Assembly (NCBI GenBank): GCA_965226375.1
Contig: CBDDCX010000007.1
Location: 64,001-128,000 of the forward strand
Reading direction: 5' to 3'
DNA from: Longimicrobiales bacterium
GTDB lineage: Bacteria > Gemmatimonadota > Gemmatimonadetes > Longimicrobiales > Gaopeijiaceae
Length of the DNA: 64,000 nucleotides
Shown: positions 39,021 to 49,898 of the stretch, in pieces
Numbering within the stretch: the stretch's first letter is position 1
Layout: each line of letters begins with the position of its first letter
Position numbers and translations under genes: made by a program
Notes under the pieces: generated by a model
What the model was told of the DNA's origin: nothing
Databases searched by the model: none
Seen by the model: only the letters and a program-made list of their open reading frames with translations

Positions 39021-39414
39021 GCCGGAGAACGCCAAATCCGGTTCCGCACCATTGCTGGAATTTCAGCCGATACCCAAGGAATCTCAGGCGATCCTTCATT
39101 ACTCCAGGGTACGGAAGTGCGGTTCGTCCACGAAATTAGAGTACCGGAACATGCACATTTCCATGCACACCCGAAGGCAAAAGGCGAGGGATTGCGAACT
39201 GGACAGGGGCGCACGGATCGGCCTCTGCATTGTCAAGAAGGCGGAGGCCTCTAAGCCACCGCACACCTCCCAACCTGTTGTGGCCCAACAGTTTAGAGTA
39301 CGACCTAGCGACGCAGCATCAACAACAGCCCCCACGACCCCCTAGAACACAGGAGCGATCCAATGACTGAGCACCACGCGATACCTCTGCCCTTGGGCCT
39401 GGGGAGGGCCGAGT

Positions 39415-42400
39415 TCACTCGGTGTCCGTCGATGCGGATCCAAGGGTGAAGCGGAAGATCGCCCCCTCTCCTGGGATGCCCTCGGCCCACACTCGTCCGC
39501 CGTTCCGACGCACGATTCGCTCCACCGTGGCCAGCCCGAGTCCGGTTCCTGAGAACTCCGCGTCGGTATGGAGCCGCTCGAATGCCTGGAAGATTCGCTC
39601 ACGGTCGTCGTTGTCGAAGCCGATCCCATTGTCCCGAACGTAGTAAGTCGGGAGTTCACCCTCGTTCTCATCGACGCCCAGCTCGATCCGGGCGTCGTCA
39701 CGAAGTCCCGTGTACTTCCACGCGTTCTGGAGCAAATTGGTCAGGAGAATCCGCAAGAGGGACTCGTCACCCACCGCCGTGATTCCCGGTTGCACCTCAA
39801 AGGTCACGTCGCGGCCCGGGACGAGAGCCCTTAGTTCGTCGATGATCTCGCGACCCAACGAGAGAAGGTCGACCACGACCTCTTCTCGACCGATCTCGAC
39901 CCTGTTCACGTCGGAGAGATCGCGAAGGTCGTCGATGATATGCGTCATCCGCCGGGCAGCTGCCCGAGTACGGTCCAGGTAGGTCCTCTGTTTTTCGTCG
40001 AGCGAATCGCCGAGGGCCTCGTCGAGGTGCTCGCTGAACTGCGTCACGGTCATCAATGGGTCCTTTAGATCGTGTGACACTGAGTGGCCGAACGCCTCCA
40101 GCTCGACGTTAGCTGCCACCAGTTCGGCCGTCCGGTCCGCAATCCGCTCGTTCAAGCTGAAAGTCAACTGACCGAGCTGTTCTCGGTGAGAATGGAGCCG
40201 TGCCGCATAGAGCGCCGTGAGGCCCGTCACGAGGGCCAGCAAGGCTGCAAAAGGACCCAGAAAGAGGGGATTCCGATACACTGGGATTGGGACTCGCGCG
40301 ATGCCGACCGTACCTCCTGCCTCGAAACGACCGAATAGGCTCTTCGCTTGCACCACGGCGACGTGCGACCCCGTCCCGCTCCGTGAGCTAGCCTCCCTAG
40401 AATGGCTCCAGGACGACCACGGACCGTCGCCGAGCCGGTAGCGAGTTTGGACGAGGCCCCACCGTTGCTCAGCCTGAAACGGGAAGGTTTCCCAGCGAAA
40501 GAGCACTTCCCCGTCCGGTGATACGTCGGAGTAGACTTCCACCTGCGGGGGCGGATTGGCCGCTTCGGCCAAGCTCAACATGTACGTCCCGCCTCCGATG
40601 GTACCCACGTACACCCTGTTCTGGACCGGCAGGACCGGCCAGACCCACGAATGATCCAGTCCCGTTACAGGCCCGAACGCTATGAACGAGCCGTCACTAT
40701 ACGCGGCTAGACCGCCGGTAGTCCCGACCCACACGGTCTCATCGGGAGCCACGCTCACCTCCCACACGTCGTCGCTCATCAAACCGTCGCGCCTGGTCAG
40801 GTAGCCCACCTCTCCATCCACGTCGATGAAGCCCAGGCCAGCTCCATTGTCTTGATGTCCGAACCACACCCGACCGTCCCGACCCACGTCCAAGGTGAAG
40901 ACGCGCCGGTACTTGAGACCCTCTTGCAACGTCCAGTGCCTCCAGGTCCCGTCTGCCCATCGGCTGATGCCCAGGCGCGTGGCGAACCAGCGTTCCCCTC
41001 GTGGCCCTTCTGCGAACGCGTAGACTCTGCCGCTCAGAAGACCTTCTCCCCCACCCCACTGCGTGAACTGGCCGTCTTCGTACAGGAACGCTCCGGGACC
41101 GGACAACCTCGATCCGACATCGAGCGTCACCCCCATCCCGAGGAACCAAAGACGTCCGCTTCGGTCGGCCGCGATTCTATGGACCCTATCCGCCCGCAGC
41201 CCCTGTTCTGGTCCGAAGTGCCGCCACTCCTGTCCATCCCAACGAAACGCTCCCTCGAAGCTGGATCCACTGCCCACCCAGATATTGCCCTCGATGTCCT
41301 GGCCCAATGCCGTGACGGAAATGGGTCGGTCGCCATCGATCGACCGGACCCTGCTCGTTCGCCCATCGGGCTCGACGATGACGAGGCCCTCGTCGGTGCC
41401 GATCCACAGGTGGCCGTTACGCGCCCGTAGGATCTCGTTTACATTGACGTCCGCACCGAGCCGTGGCTCGCCGATTCGCGTCCATCGGTCCAGTGACCGA
41501 CGGTAGAGGACGAGGCCCTCGGCGCCGCCAATCCAGAGGTCCCCGTTTGGGCGGAAGCGAACAAACTCCGGGTTTCCCGGACGTGCCTTGGGCAACGCGA
41601 GCCGAGCCCAGTGCCCGTCGTGACGAGCCACACCGTGTGGTCGACGAAGAGCACTACCGCGTCCCCGGTTGGGCCAAGGTCGAGCGAAACCACCGCGTTC
41701 GGTTCATTCAACACGGTGGGACGGAGGGGCTCACCGGGGCTCTGCTCCCAAAGCGTACCCAGGTTCCGATTCCGTTCCCTGGTTGCAAGCAGCCGCTCGC
41801 CGGACGGGCCGTCCTCGAACCGTGAGAGCCACGCCTGCATGGCATGACGCCACTCTTCGCCTTCCAGCTCGAAAAAATCCTGCCTGGTGGAGAACCACAG
41901 GCGCCCGTGCCGGGTGCTGCCAATCCTCAGGAATCGCCATTCGTCGGGTGGGGTCTGAACAGGAGCCGCGACCCGCCGTAACTGACCCGCGTCCCAGTGG
42001 TAGAGTTCGGCCGACGTCGTGAGCAGGAGGAAGCCACCGTCCAGGGGGGTAATGCTCTGTACTTCGAGGTCCGGCTCCTCGACCGTCAGCGAGACAGGCA
42101 CAAAACTTCGCTCGCTGCCCTGATAAAGTCGGCCCTCCACAAGCCCGAAAACTCCGCCCTCGGCGTCGGGCACAATGCTCGTCGCCACCGCAGTCGGAAG
42201 CCCGGCGACGGGGTTCCAACCATACCCGTCGTACCAGGCCACTCCGGCGGACGTGGCAACCCAAACCACGCCCTCGCCGCCTTCCACAAGATCCACCACA
42301 TGATCCGACGGGAGGCCGTCTCGAACACTGTACTCAGCCCAACGCCACGAGTCGTCCCAGGCGACCTGCTGCGCCATCAAAGTTGTACGTGCCACACCAA

Positions 42401-42482
42401 GGCTGGTGAGGAGGGCTAGAAACCAAATCAGGCTGCGAAAGCACTTGTGACCCTGTCGCCGAGTCCAGCCCGCGAAGTGCAC
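39415..42482 (-). CDS. Sensor histidine kinase with periplasmic Reg_prop beta-propeller/YYY region; frameshift near 41625
   Basis: DGLPSD, GLLSGRV and GLMSDDV propeller repeats, a TM helix, H-box SVSHDLKDPL, NLLQNAWKY, DNGIG and GTGLGL. Split into ORFs 41439..42587 and 39415..41631. Confidence 0.85.
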
Positions 42483-42497
42483 TCCCCGACGAAGGAT

Positions 42498-42587
42498 GGC
42501 CATCCCGCCTTCACCCAGCTCACGCTCGATGGCGTAGCAGCCCTCTAGGGCGGCGTGCAGGCGAGCGACTGGATCGGACACGGGCAC
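42498..42587 (-). pseudogene. N-terminal 30-codon remnant of a Ser/Thr protein kinase
   Basis: VSDPVARLHAALEGCYAIERELGEGGMA is kinase subdomain I (Gly-rich loop); the rest of the kinase is absent. Confidence 0.7.
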
Positions 42588-42919
42588 ACTCCGGGATCAG
42601 ACTGTAGTCAACATCCGAGAGCGGGCTGGGAGGCGCAAGCAGAACCTCAGGCGCCCGGAATCACGTTCTAATGGCCTTCGGATTGGACCGCACGTCCAAC
42701 ATGATGTGGGACCCGCCGATCTTGAGTTTTGACATTGAACGACATGGGGCCATCGTGGCGGGTGGCTCGGGCTATGCCGAAATCCAGTCGTGAGGTGTCG
42801 ATATGGACAAGGGCGCTGAGCTCAGAACGCGCCTAACGTGCACACCAACGTGCACACATGGCAAAACGGCCTCCCAGACCGAAGCCCGGAAAGCCGCTCT
42901 CTCCCTACACTTCCTCCCA

Positions 42920-42992
42920 CTGGGGCGGGTGGATTCGAACCACCAACCTCCTGGTTAACAGCCAGGCGCTCTGCCGGTTGAGCTACACCCCA
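42920..42992 (-). tRNA. tRNA-Asn(GTT)
   Basis: TGGGGTGTAGCTCAACCGGCAGAGCGCCTGGCTGTTAACCAGGAGGTTGGTGGTTCGAATCCACCCGCCCCAG folds as a cloverleaf with anticodon arm CCTGG-CTGTTAA-CCAGG; CCA is not encoded. Confidence 0.96.
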
Positions 42993-43081
42993 TTGTAGTC
43001 CGTTCGCCGCGCAGGTAAGCCACGAAAGCACTGTGGTCTCCTGCGCCCCCAACCTCGTGGGGTTGGTTTTGGGGTTGGTTT

Positions 43082-43669
43082 TCATCGGGCCTCCCGCAGT
43101 TGCCCGGCGTCCAACACGACCTTCAAGGTAGTCTCGTCGTCGGCCTGGGTGTAGATGTCTTGCACCACGCCCACCGAGGCCCATCCGCCCGCCTTGGCCA
43201 CATCTTGAGCGGGCAGGTGCTTGCGTACGGTTGCCCAGCGCCTTCGATAGGCATGCCATAGGCTGCCATCATGGGGCTCCAACTCCGCGAGCCCTTCGGC
43301 TTCACGTAGCCACCTGTCGCACAGGTGGCGCGAGATGGGCTTGGACGGGTCAACTGGCGACGGGAACAACGGTGCCTCTCCGATGCCAGGCCGCTCACGA
43401 AGCACGCGGTCTACAGCAGCGCGAGCCGGCGGGCTTAGTGGTACGGTATGTTCGCGGCCCTGCTTATCAATAGCTGCCGGCCAAAGAATCGAGCCGTAAG
43501 GGCCCTTGCCCAACCGGAGGTCAGCGTACGTCAGTTGGCAGATTGCGGACAACCGACGACCCGTTTCCACAGCCAGGTCAAACACCTCCGCAAAGTGGCT
43601 GCACACCACACGCGATTCCGCACCGCGTTGCACCATCATTATCAGCTGGGGTCGCGGTTTTGCGGGCAA
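43082..43669 (-). pseudogene. Tyrosine recombinase/integrase, catalytic C-terminal domain only
   Basis: ETGRR (R), DKQG (K), HAYRR (HxxR), GGW and DIY (Y nucleophile). No arm- or core-binding N-terminus is evident. Confidence 0.8.
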
Positions 43670-43857
43670 AGGGCACCCCGGAAGGCGCCACGCCGGCGAT
43701 AGAGTCCGTTACGGGGCTGACACGCTGAGGCGTGGCCATATGCCGCCCGGTAAACCCGGTTGCGGGGCTGGCCAGCACCCGAAAACAACCCCAGTAGCCA
43801 CCCCACCGCATCGCAAACCCTCGTAGGCCTCGGGTCTTCGTGTTCCGGTTGCCCGCC

Positions 43858-43877
43858 TAATAGCCAGGCGGTCTGTC
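43858..43877 (-). repeat. Degenerate displaced 5'-side fragment of tRNA-Asn (candidate att site)
   Basis: TAATAGCCAGGCGGTCTGTC matches tRNA 42956-42975 (TAACAGCCAGGCGCTCTGCC) at 17/20 and ends in the anticodon loop. Confidence 0.55.
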
Positions 43878-44078
43878 AGGGACAGGGCCCTGCCCCCTAC
43901 GAGCGGGGAGCGGATCGCCGTGGGCCAACCGCTCACCCTAGTATGGATTGGACGTGACCCGGTCAGGTACTACGTCAGGAATAGGTCCAGGAAGTGTTGG
44001 CTCGGACATCTCGCAAGCGACAGTCCGGAGCGGCTCGCGATAGAAAGAGAGCATCGGGATCCTTCTCCCACTTCGTGC

Positions 44079-47000
44079 TCAACAACCGGACAACACCGAG
44101 ACTCCCTTGGCTTGCAGCGCGGCCACGTCCACGCAACTCACGCTCGTGGCAAGAAGGTCAACCGTGTCCCCCGCTCCGAGCCCTGGGTTGGCGATCAGAG
44201 CGCTGATGTCGCTAATCGAGTTGGACTGGAGGACGAGGTTCGTCAGGCTCGTGAGCCCGACCAGCGCGCTGATGTCGCTGATCGTATTGTGGTTGAGCCA
44301 GAGGTCTGTCAGGCTCGTGAGCCCGCTCAGCGCGCTAATGTCGCTGATCGAGTTGCCGCTGAGGACGAGGAATGTCAGGCTGGTGAGCCCGCTCAGGGAG
44401 CTGATGTCACTGATCGAGTTGTCGAAGAGGACGAGCCCGATCAGGCTTGTGAGCCCGCTCAGCGCGCTGATGTCAGTGATCGAGTTCTCCTTAAGCTCGA
44501 GGTAGCTCAGGCTCGTGAGCCCACTCAGTGCGCTGATGTCAGTGGTCGAGTTCCCGTCAAGCCAGAGGTCTGTCAGGCTCGTGAGCCCGCTCAGGGCGCT
44601 GATGTCGCTGATGGAGTTGTCGAAGAGGAAGAGTTCCGTGAGGCTCGTGAGCCCACTCAGCGCGCTGATGTCACTGATCGAGTTGCCGTTCAGAAAGAGC
44701 CCCGTCAGGCTCGTGAGCCCGCCCAGTGGGCTGATGTCGATGATCGAGTTCCTGCGGACAGTGAGGGTCGTCAGGCTGGTGAGCCCGCCCAGCGCGCTGA
44801 CATCCGTGATCGAGTTGCGGAAGAGATTCAGATACGTGAGGCTGGTGAGCCAACTCAGCGCACCGATGTCGCTGATCGAGTTGCGGCTGAGATTGAGGGT
44901 CGTCAGGCTCGTTAGCCCGTTAAGTGCGCTGATGTCGCTGATCGAGTTGCCGCGGAGATCGAGGCTCGTCAGGCGCGTCAGCCCCTCCAGCGCGCTGAAG
45001 TCACTGATCGAGTTGAAACGGAGGATGAGTTCCGCCAGGCTCGTGAGATTCTGGATCCCCACCAGGCTCGTGATCCCAAAGGAGCCGGCATCCAGACCCG
45101 TGAGCTCCGATATCCGGCCGCAGGTGAGATCGTCCAGCGTGCCGATCGCGAGCGTCGCCCTAATCGCCGCTTCCAGGTTGGCATCCTCGAACGTCGCGAT
45201 CGCAGAGGCGGGGTGATCGCTGCAGAGGTCGCCGGGCTGAATTTCCGATGACCCTACTACCTCGGGGAGCCTCACAAATACGATCGTCACGATGACCCCC
45301 CGGGTCATCCTCATCCGCAAAAACCACGGTCCATGTGTTGCCGGAGAGAGTGTACTGGAAGTCCTCGTCGTCGCACCCTGGGTCACAGATGAAAAAGCGA
45401 GTGCCCGTGACAAACCACGTGCCGTCGTCGGTGCAGCTAGTCCCGTCGTCGTCGTCGCAAAACAATTGCTGCGTGTCGCCGGTAACGGACTCCAGGAACG
45501 TTCCGTCGCTCATCAAATTGATTGTGAACTGGGTGCTCGTTCCAGCCAGGAGCTCCACCCCATCGACCAAGAGGCTGATTGCTCTCCATGACCCGACCAG
45601 GCTAGGTGCACTAGCCACAAGGGCGGCACTACCCGAGTTGTTGCTCGGATCGTCCTCCTGGTGCTCCAGCACCGCAGCCGTTGCTGTGTTTGTGAGCGTC
45701 TCGCCGGCGAAGCCCTCAGCCACCCTGGCCGTCAGTCTGAGGCGTCTCAGGCTTCCCGGCCCCAGGCTCGGGATCGTCCACTCGCCAGTACTCGGGTTGT
45801 AGCCCAGGTCGGCCGAGACGAACTCGAGACCGTTGGGAAGATGGTCCGTGACTACGATCTGTTCGGCACGGTCGGGCCCGTGGTTCGTGACGGAGATCGT
45901 GAACACGACCTCCTCCGTCTCGCGCACCTCAGCCTGGTCCGCAACCTTGGTGACCTCGATGTCGGCCACCCGTCGGCCAACGTCCACGAGCGCGGAGGCC
46001 CTGTTGTTCGCCGGATCGTCATTCTGCTCGGTCAGCTGCGAGGCCGTAGCCACGTTCTCCAGAATCTGACCTCCGGTCCCCTGACCCACGGTGGCGACGA
46101 TCGTTAGAGTAGCGGACTCGCCAACCGTCAGGGTCCCCACTACCCATGCGCCATCCGCCGCGGTGTGGTCCCCCCGAGTCGGCGTCGCAGTCATGAAATC
46201 CAGGCCAGCAGGCAAAGGATCGGAAACGGTGACGCCGGTCGCCGTCGCCGGACCGGCGTTGGCCACCGTCACGGTGAAGCTCACCTGGTCCCCCTCAAAT
46301 GCCGTCGGCTTGTCCACTGCCTTGCTCACGGAGATGTCGGCTGTCATGGGCATCACCGTGAAGTCCTCACTCGCCGCCGGATTGAGGTCCTGAGCCGTGG
46401 CTAACAGGTGGAACACTCCACCGTTGGGAATCACCAGACCCTCGAAGGTGGCGGGACCCTCCACGGCGTCGACCGTCGTGATCCCGCTGAGCTCAGCCGC
46501 CTGCGGGGCGCCGACTACGCCGGAATCGGCCGCGGCGGCCGCCGCGGCGACCACGGCAGCGGCCCGGTCCTGAAGCTCGAGCGTTACGACACCCGCGTAG
46601 CTCGCTACGCGAGCGCCTCGGGCGTCCAGCACTTCAACGCTGGGGGCAGGATCCAACGGCTCACCGACCTCCACCGTGCTCGGCTGGCTCACGAAGGCCA
46701 GGCCGATGGGTCGGGCTAGAACCACTACGCTGATCTCGTCTGACTGGGCTCCCGCGGTCACGGAGATAAGTGCCGTGCCAGGAAGATGCGCCTGGAGGAA
46801 GCCGCCCTCGGTCACCGTGGCGATGGAGGCGTCCGTAGTCGTCCAGAACAGCGCCGGAGCGCCGGGCTGGCTTATCTGCACCTGAGCTTGCAGCTGAAGG
46901 CCGTCTCCCTCCGTCAGAGGACCGGCATCGACCAGGGTGACAGACGTCACATAGTTGTTGGCGACTGGCCCCTGTACGACCTCTACCTGCTGGACGGGAG

Positions 47001-47403
47001 CCTGACCCGTGAGACTGAACCCGGCAGTGATCCCAGAGTACTCCACCGTCTCGATTCCCTGAGAGACGCTGATGAGTTCCGTGACGAGATAGACCGGAGG
47101 GTCGTCGGGCGGAATCTCGACCTCGCAGTCGACGACCCAGACTTCCAAGGTCGGATCCACATCCGTGACGCACACAGCGATGATGGAATCGTCCGACACC
47201 CGCTTGACGGTCACCCGGATCCGAGTGATGTCTGCGGTCTGCTCGGCTGTTGTCCCCTGGGGAAACACGGTACTCAACGCTACGACCGCACGGCCGGTGG
47301 AGGACTGGTCTACGGGAGACGACCCGTCGGTGCAGGAGGAGAACAGGAAGAGAGAGACGAGCCCACAAAGGGCCAGGAGCCGTCGGTACACCATGGAGAC
47401 CAT
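44079..47403 (-). CDS. Large surface lipoprotein: Ig-like (Big_2), two DUF11 repeats, lipocalin-like domain and internalin-type LRR; frameshift at the C6 run 45296-45301
   Basis: Lipobox FSSC; DUF11 motifs ADISVSK...N.GP..A..V.V.D.LP.GL twice; SLVGSW. Removing one G joins EDDPG to VIVTIVFVRLPE and the LRR ORF 44079..45413. Confidence 0.8.
44190..45047 (-). repeat. 13 tandem 66-bp repeats encoding 22-aa LRRs
   Basis: Consensus LTSLTxLxLxxNSISDISALSG, counted 13 times. Confidence 0.92.
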
Positions 47404-47470
47404 CGCCGCTGGGGAAGCGGAGACTCTGAACAGCGCACCTGATGGTTGACACAATGGTGCCAGCTGATGG

Positions 47471-48334
47471 TTAACAGATTGGGTTACGTCCTGTGTTTCC
47501 GTGGGTGTCGAAAATGACGAAGAGTTCTTCGTCAAACCACCCGAGGGTAATGGGTCCGAAGTAGACTTGCCACAGAGCGGGACCGATGGGTTCGAGGGCG
47601 ATGAACTCGTTGCCCAGAGCCGAACTGATGTTGATCCAACGCGAGTGCCAGCGGATCCCTCCGTTTGTAGAGACCTTTCGGACCTCGAAGTGCTCAGGGT
47701 ACGCGAGAGGTGGGAGGACGTCGGGGTAGGCTCTAGGGGCAGATTGATAGACTGAGTCGGGAGTCGCATCGTCGAGAGCCTCGTGCGACCGGATGTGATT
47801 GAAGGTATGGCGGAATTCGTCGAAGTGGCGCTGCTGGGCACTGAGGTTGGCCTTCGGCGGCCGAGTGGCTTCCCGCTTGAGGGTTCTATGCATTCGCTCG
47901 TGTCGGCCGTTTTGCTGCGGCTTTCCAGGCTCGATGGTCTTAGGACGGATGCCGAGCCGGATCCACCAAGCGCTCAAGCGTGTGAGCCGAGCGAGGCCGA
48001 TGGAAGCGAAGGGCGTGCCGTTGTCGGAGCGGATGACAGCGGGCAGGCCGAACTCTCGGAAGGCCTTGATGAATACGGGCTTGGCGAGCTCGATCGACGT
48101 GGAATACAACCCCCTACACTCGAGCAGGAAACGGCTGAAGCCGTCCTGGATGGTGAGGGGATAGCAGTAGCGGCCGTTGAGCATCTTGAACTGGCCTTTG
48201 AAGTCGACCGTCCAGACCGCATTGGACTCGTCCATGGGAGTGAGTGGCTTGCCGGGATGGCCCGGCTTGCCGGAACGCCTACGCTTCTTCGTGATCAGGT
48301 CGTGACGCTCGAAAATGCGATCGATCGTCCTGCG
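47471..48334 (-). pseudogene. IS481-family transposase, 5'-truncated
   Basis: WTVDFKG, CYPLTIQD, SDNGTPF and PQQNGRHERMHRTLK; the N-terminus is cut at the IS3 boundary. Confidence 0.88.
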
Positions 48335-48372
48335 GAACCTGTCAACGACAATGGGACACTCTACGGGATTAA

Positions 48373-49380
48373 TTAGAGAGCAATGTCCTGTGTGGTGAGG
48401 GAAGGGATGGGAGGATTGATGAAGACGGCCTCCGGGAGCGGTTTGGGATTCGGCACACCTCTGACGAAGCGTTCGGGATGAGCGGCCCATGCTTCGCGGA
48501 GCACGGATTTCCTGCCGGCAATGACCTGATCGGCGTTCCCGAAGTGGACCTGCTCGGGGGTTAGCATCGAGATGCCGCCATGGCGGTGCTCGGCATTGTA
48601 CCAGCGGAAGAACGATCGACAGAACGTCTTGGCTTGGCCCTGATCCCCGAACCGTCCGGGAAACGAGGGATGGTACTTCAAGGTTTTGAACTGAGCCTCG
48701 GAAAACGGGTTGTCATCCGACACCTGAGGCCGGCTCAACGAGCGGGTCACGCCGAGGTCAGCGAGAAGTTGAGCGGTGCATTGGCTCGTCATTGGAGCTC
48801 CCCGATCCGAGTGCAGGGTCAGGACCCGGGGCTGGACGCCATGCTTCAGGCAGCTCTGCTGGATCAACCGGCCGGCCAGGGCCGAGTTCTCCCGGTCCGC
48901 CACCATCCAGCCCACGACGTAGCGGCTGTAGATGTCCATGATGACGTAGAGGTAGTAATAGCTCCACTTCTTCGGCCCGAGCAGCCGCGTGATATCCCAG
49001 GACCACACCTGGTTCGGCGCCGTGGCCATCAACTCGGGCTTCTTGTACTCGGGATGGGTGCGCTGCGCCCGGCGTTCCTGAACCGGCACCTCGGAGGCCA
49101 GAACACGATACATCGTGCGTTCGCTGCACAGGTAGACCTCTTCGTCGAGCAGCGTGGCCACCACCTCGGCGGGTGAGCGGTCCACGAACCGCTCCGAACA
49201 CAGCGTGTCGAAGACCTCGCCTCGTTCCGTCTCGCTCAATGCCCGGGCGGGCGTCGGGCGGGGCTGCTGTTGCCCGGTTGATGGGCCTCGACGACGGTAC
49301 AACGTCGATCGGGAGACCTCGAGGGCCGCGCACGCCGGTTTTACACCGACGTGCTTAGCCAGCTCATCGGCCGCCTTCAA
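48373..49380 (-). CDS. IS3-family transposase OrfB (DDE)
   Basis: PNQVWSWDIT, HSDRG and DNPFSEAQFKTLK. Confidence 0.92.
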   Translation of the reverse strand: MKAADELAKHVGVKPACAALEVSRSTLYRRRGPSTGQQQPRPTPARALSETERGEVFDTLCSERFVDRSPAEVVATLLDEEVYLCSERTMYRVLASEVPVQERRAQRTHPEYKKPELMATAPNQVWSWDITRLLGPKKWSYYYLYVIMDIYSRYVVGWMVADRENSALAGRLIQQSCLKHGVQPRVLTLHSDRGAPMTSQCTAQLLADLGVTRSLSRPQVSDDNPFSEAQFKTLKYHPSFPGRFGDQGQAKTFCRSFFRWYNAEHRHGGISMLTPEQVHFGNADQVIAGRKSVLREAWAAHPERFVRGVPNPKPLPEAVFINPPIPSLTTQDIAL

Positions 49381-49826
49381 GAGTTTGTCCCGTCGTCGAG
49401 GCTTATCCCCAGCAGCCCCGCAACTTTTCCCTGCACGTCGATGATCAGGTGTGCCTTCCTGAGCTCATTCCCGAGCCGTGCGTTTCGCCGCTCCAGCTTG
49501 CGTACCTTCTCATCCAGCGGATTTCGCTCCGGCTTGCGGCCGCGTTTCTTCGACAGGGCCTTCAGCGACCCGCTATGCGCCGCCTTGCGCCACGTCGTCA
49601 GGTGCGACGAGTACAGGCCCTCTCGCCGCAGGACTTGACCCACCTCGCCGGGCTCGGTGCACCGGTCCGCTTCTTCGACGATCCGCAGCTTGTACGACGG
49701 ACTGAACCGCCGCCGTAGCGGCCTATCTACTACCTCCGGGTCCGCAGGAGCTGCCGCGCTTCGCTTGGCCTCCCCGGTTCCAGGGGCACTACCATTCTCT
49801 GCCATTCTCTCTCGCAGTCCCAACAT
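49377..49826 (-). CDS. IS3-family transposase OrfA
   Basis: RRRFSPSYKLRIV, LRREGLYSSHLTTWR and a coiled coil; TTGA overlap with orfB. Confidence 0.88.
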   Translation of the reverse strand: MLGLRERMAENGSAPGTGEAKRSAAAPADPEVVDRPLRRRFSPSYKLRIVEEADRCTEPGEVGQVLRREGLYSSHLTTWRKAAHSGSLKALSKKRGRKPERNPLDEKVRKLERRNARLGNELRKAHLIIDVQGKVAGLLGISLDDGTNS

Positions 49827-49898
49827 GTTCGTTTTCTCTGCCTTCGCCCTACTCTAATTCTTTGCGTGCTCCGTGTCTCACGTACGTTGGCAGAGAGG

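Larger units (their letters stand above)
39021..42919. mobile_element. Integrase-less genomic islet at the tRNA-Asn 3' end
   Basis: Bounded by the tRNA direct repeat. Paired CRTGCACA repeats lie inside both ends (39148-39171 and 42835-42857). Confidence 0.75.
48331..49898 (-). mobile_element. IS3-family insertion sequence
   Basis: orfA/orfB pair. Related subterminal IRs TGTCAACGACAATGGGACA and TGCCAACGTACGTGAGACA. Exact ends approximate. Confidence 0.85.

Noticed and set aside
38926..39345. 139-aa ORF across the att site
   Set aside because: It spans the tRNA fragment and arm repeats and has no recognisable protein features.
44190..45047. CRISPR-like array (constant blocks alternating with variable blocks)
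   Set aside because: The period is exactly 66 bp, in frame, encoding LRRs. The variable parts are short and homologous to each other, and there are no cas genes.
43920..45216. Long repetitive plus-strand ORFs (331, 132 and 233 aa)
   Set aside because: They are antisense shadows of the LRR repeats.
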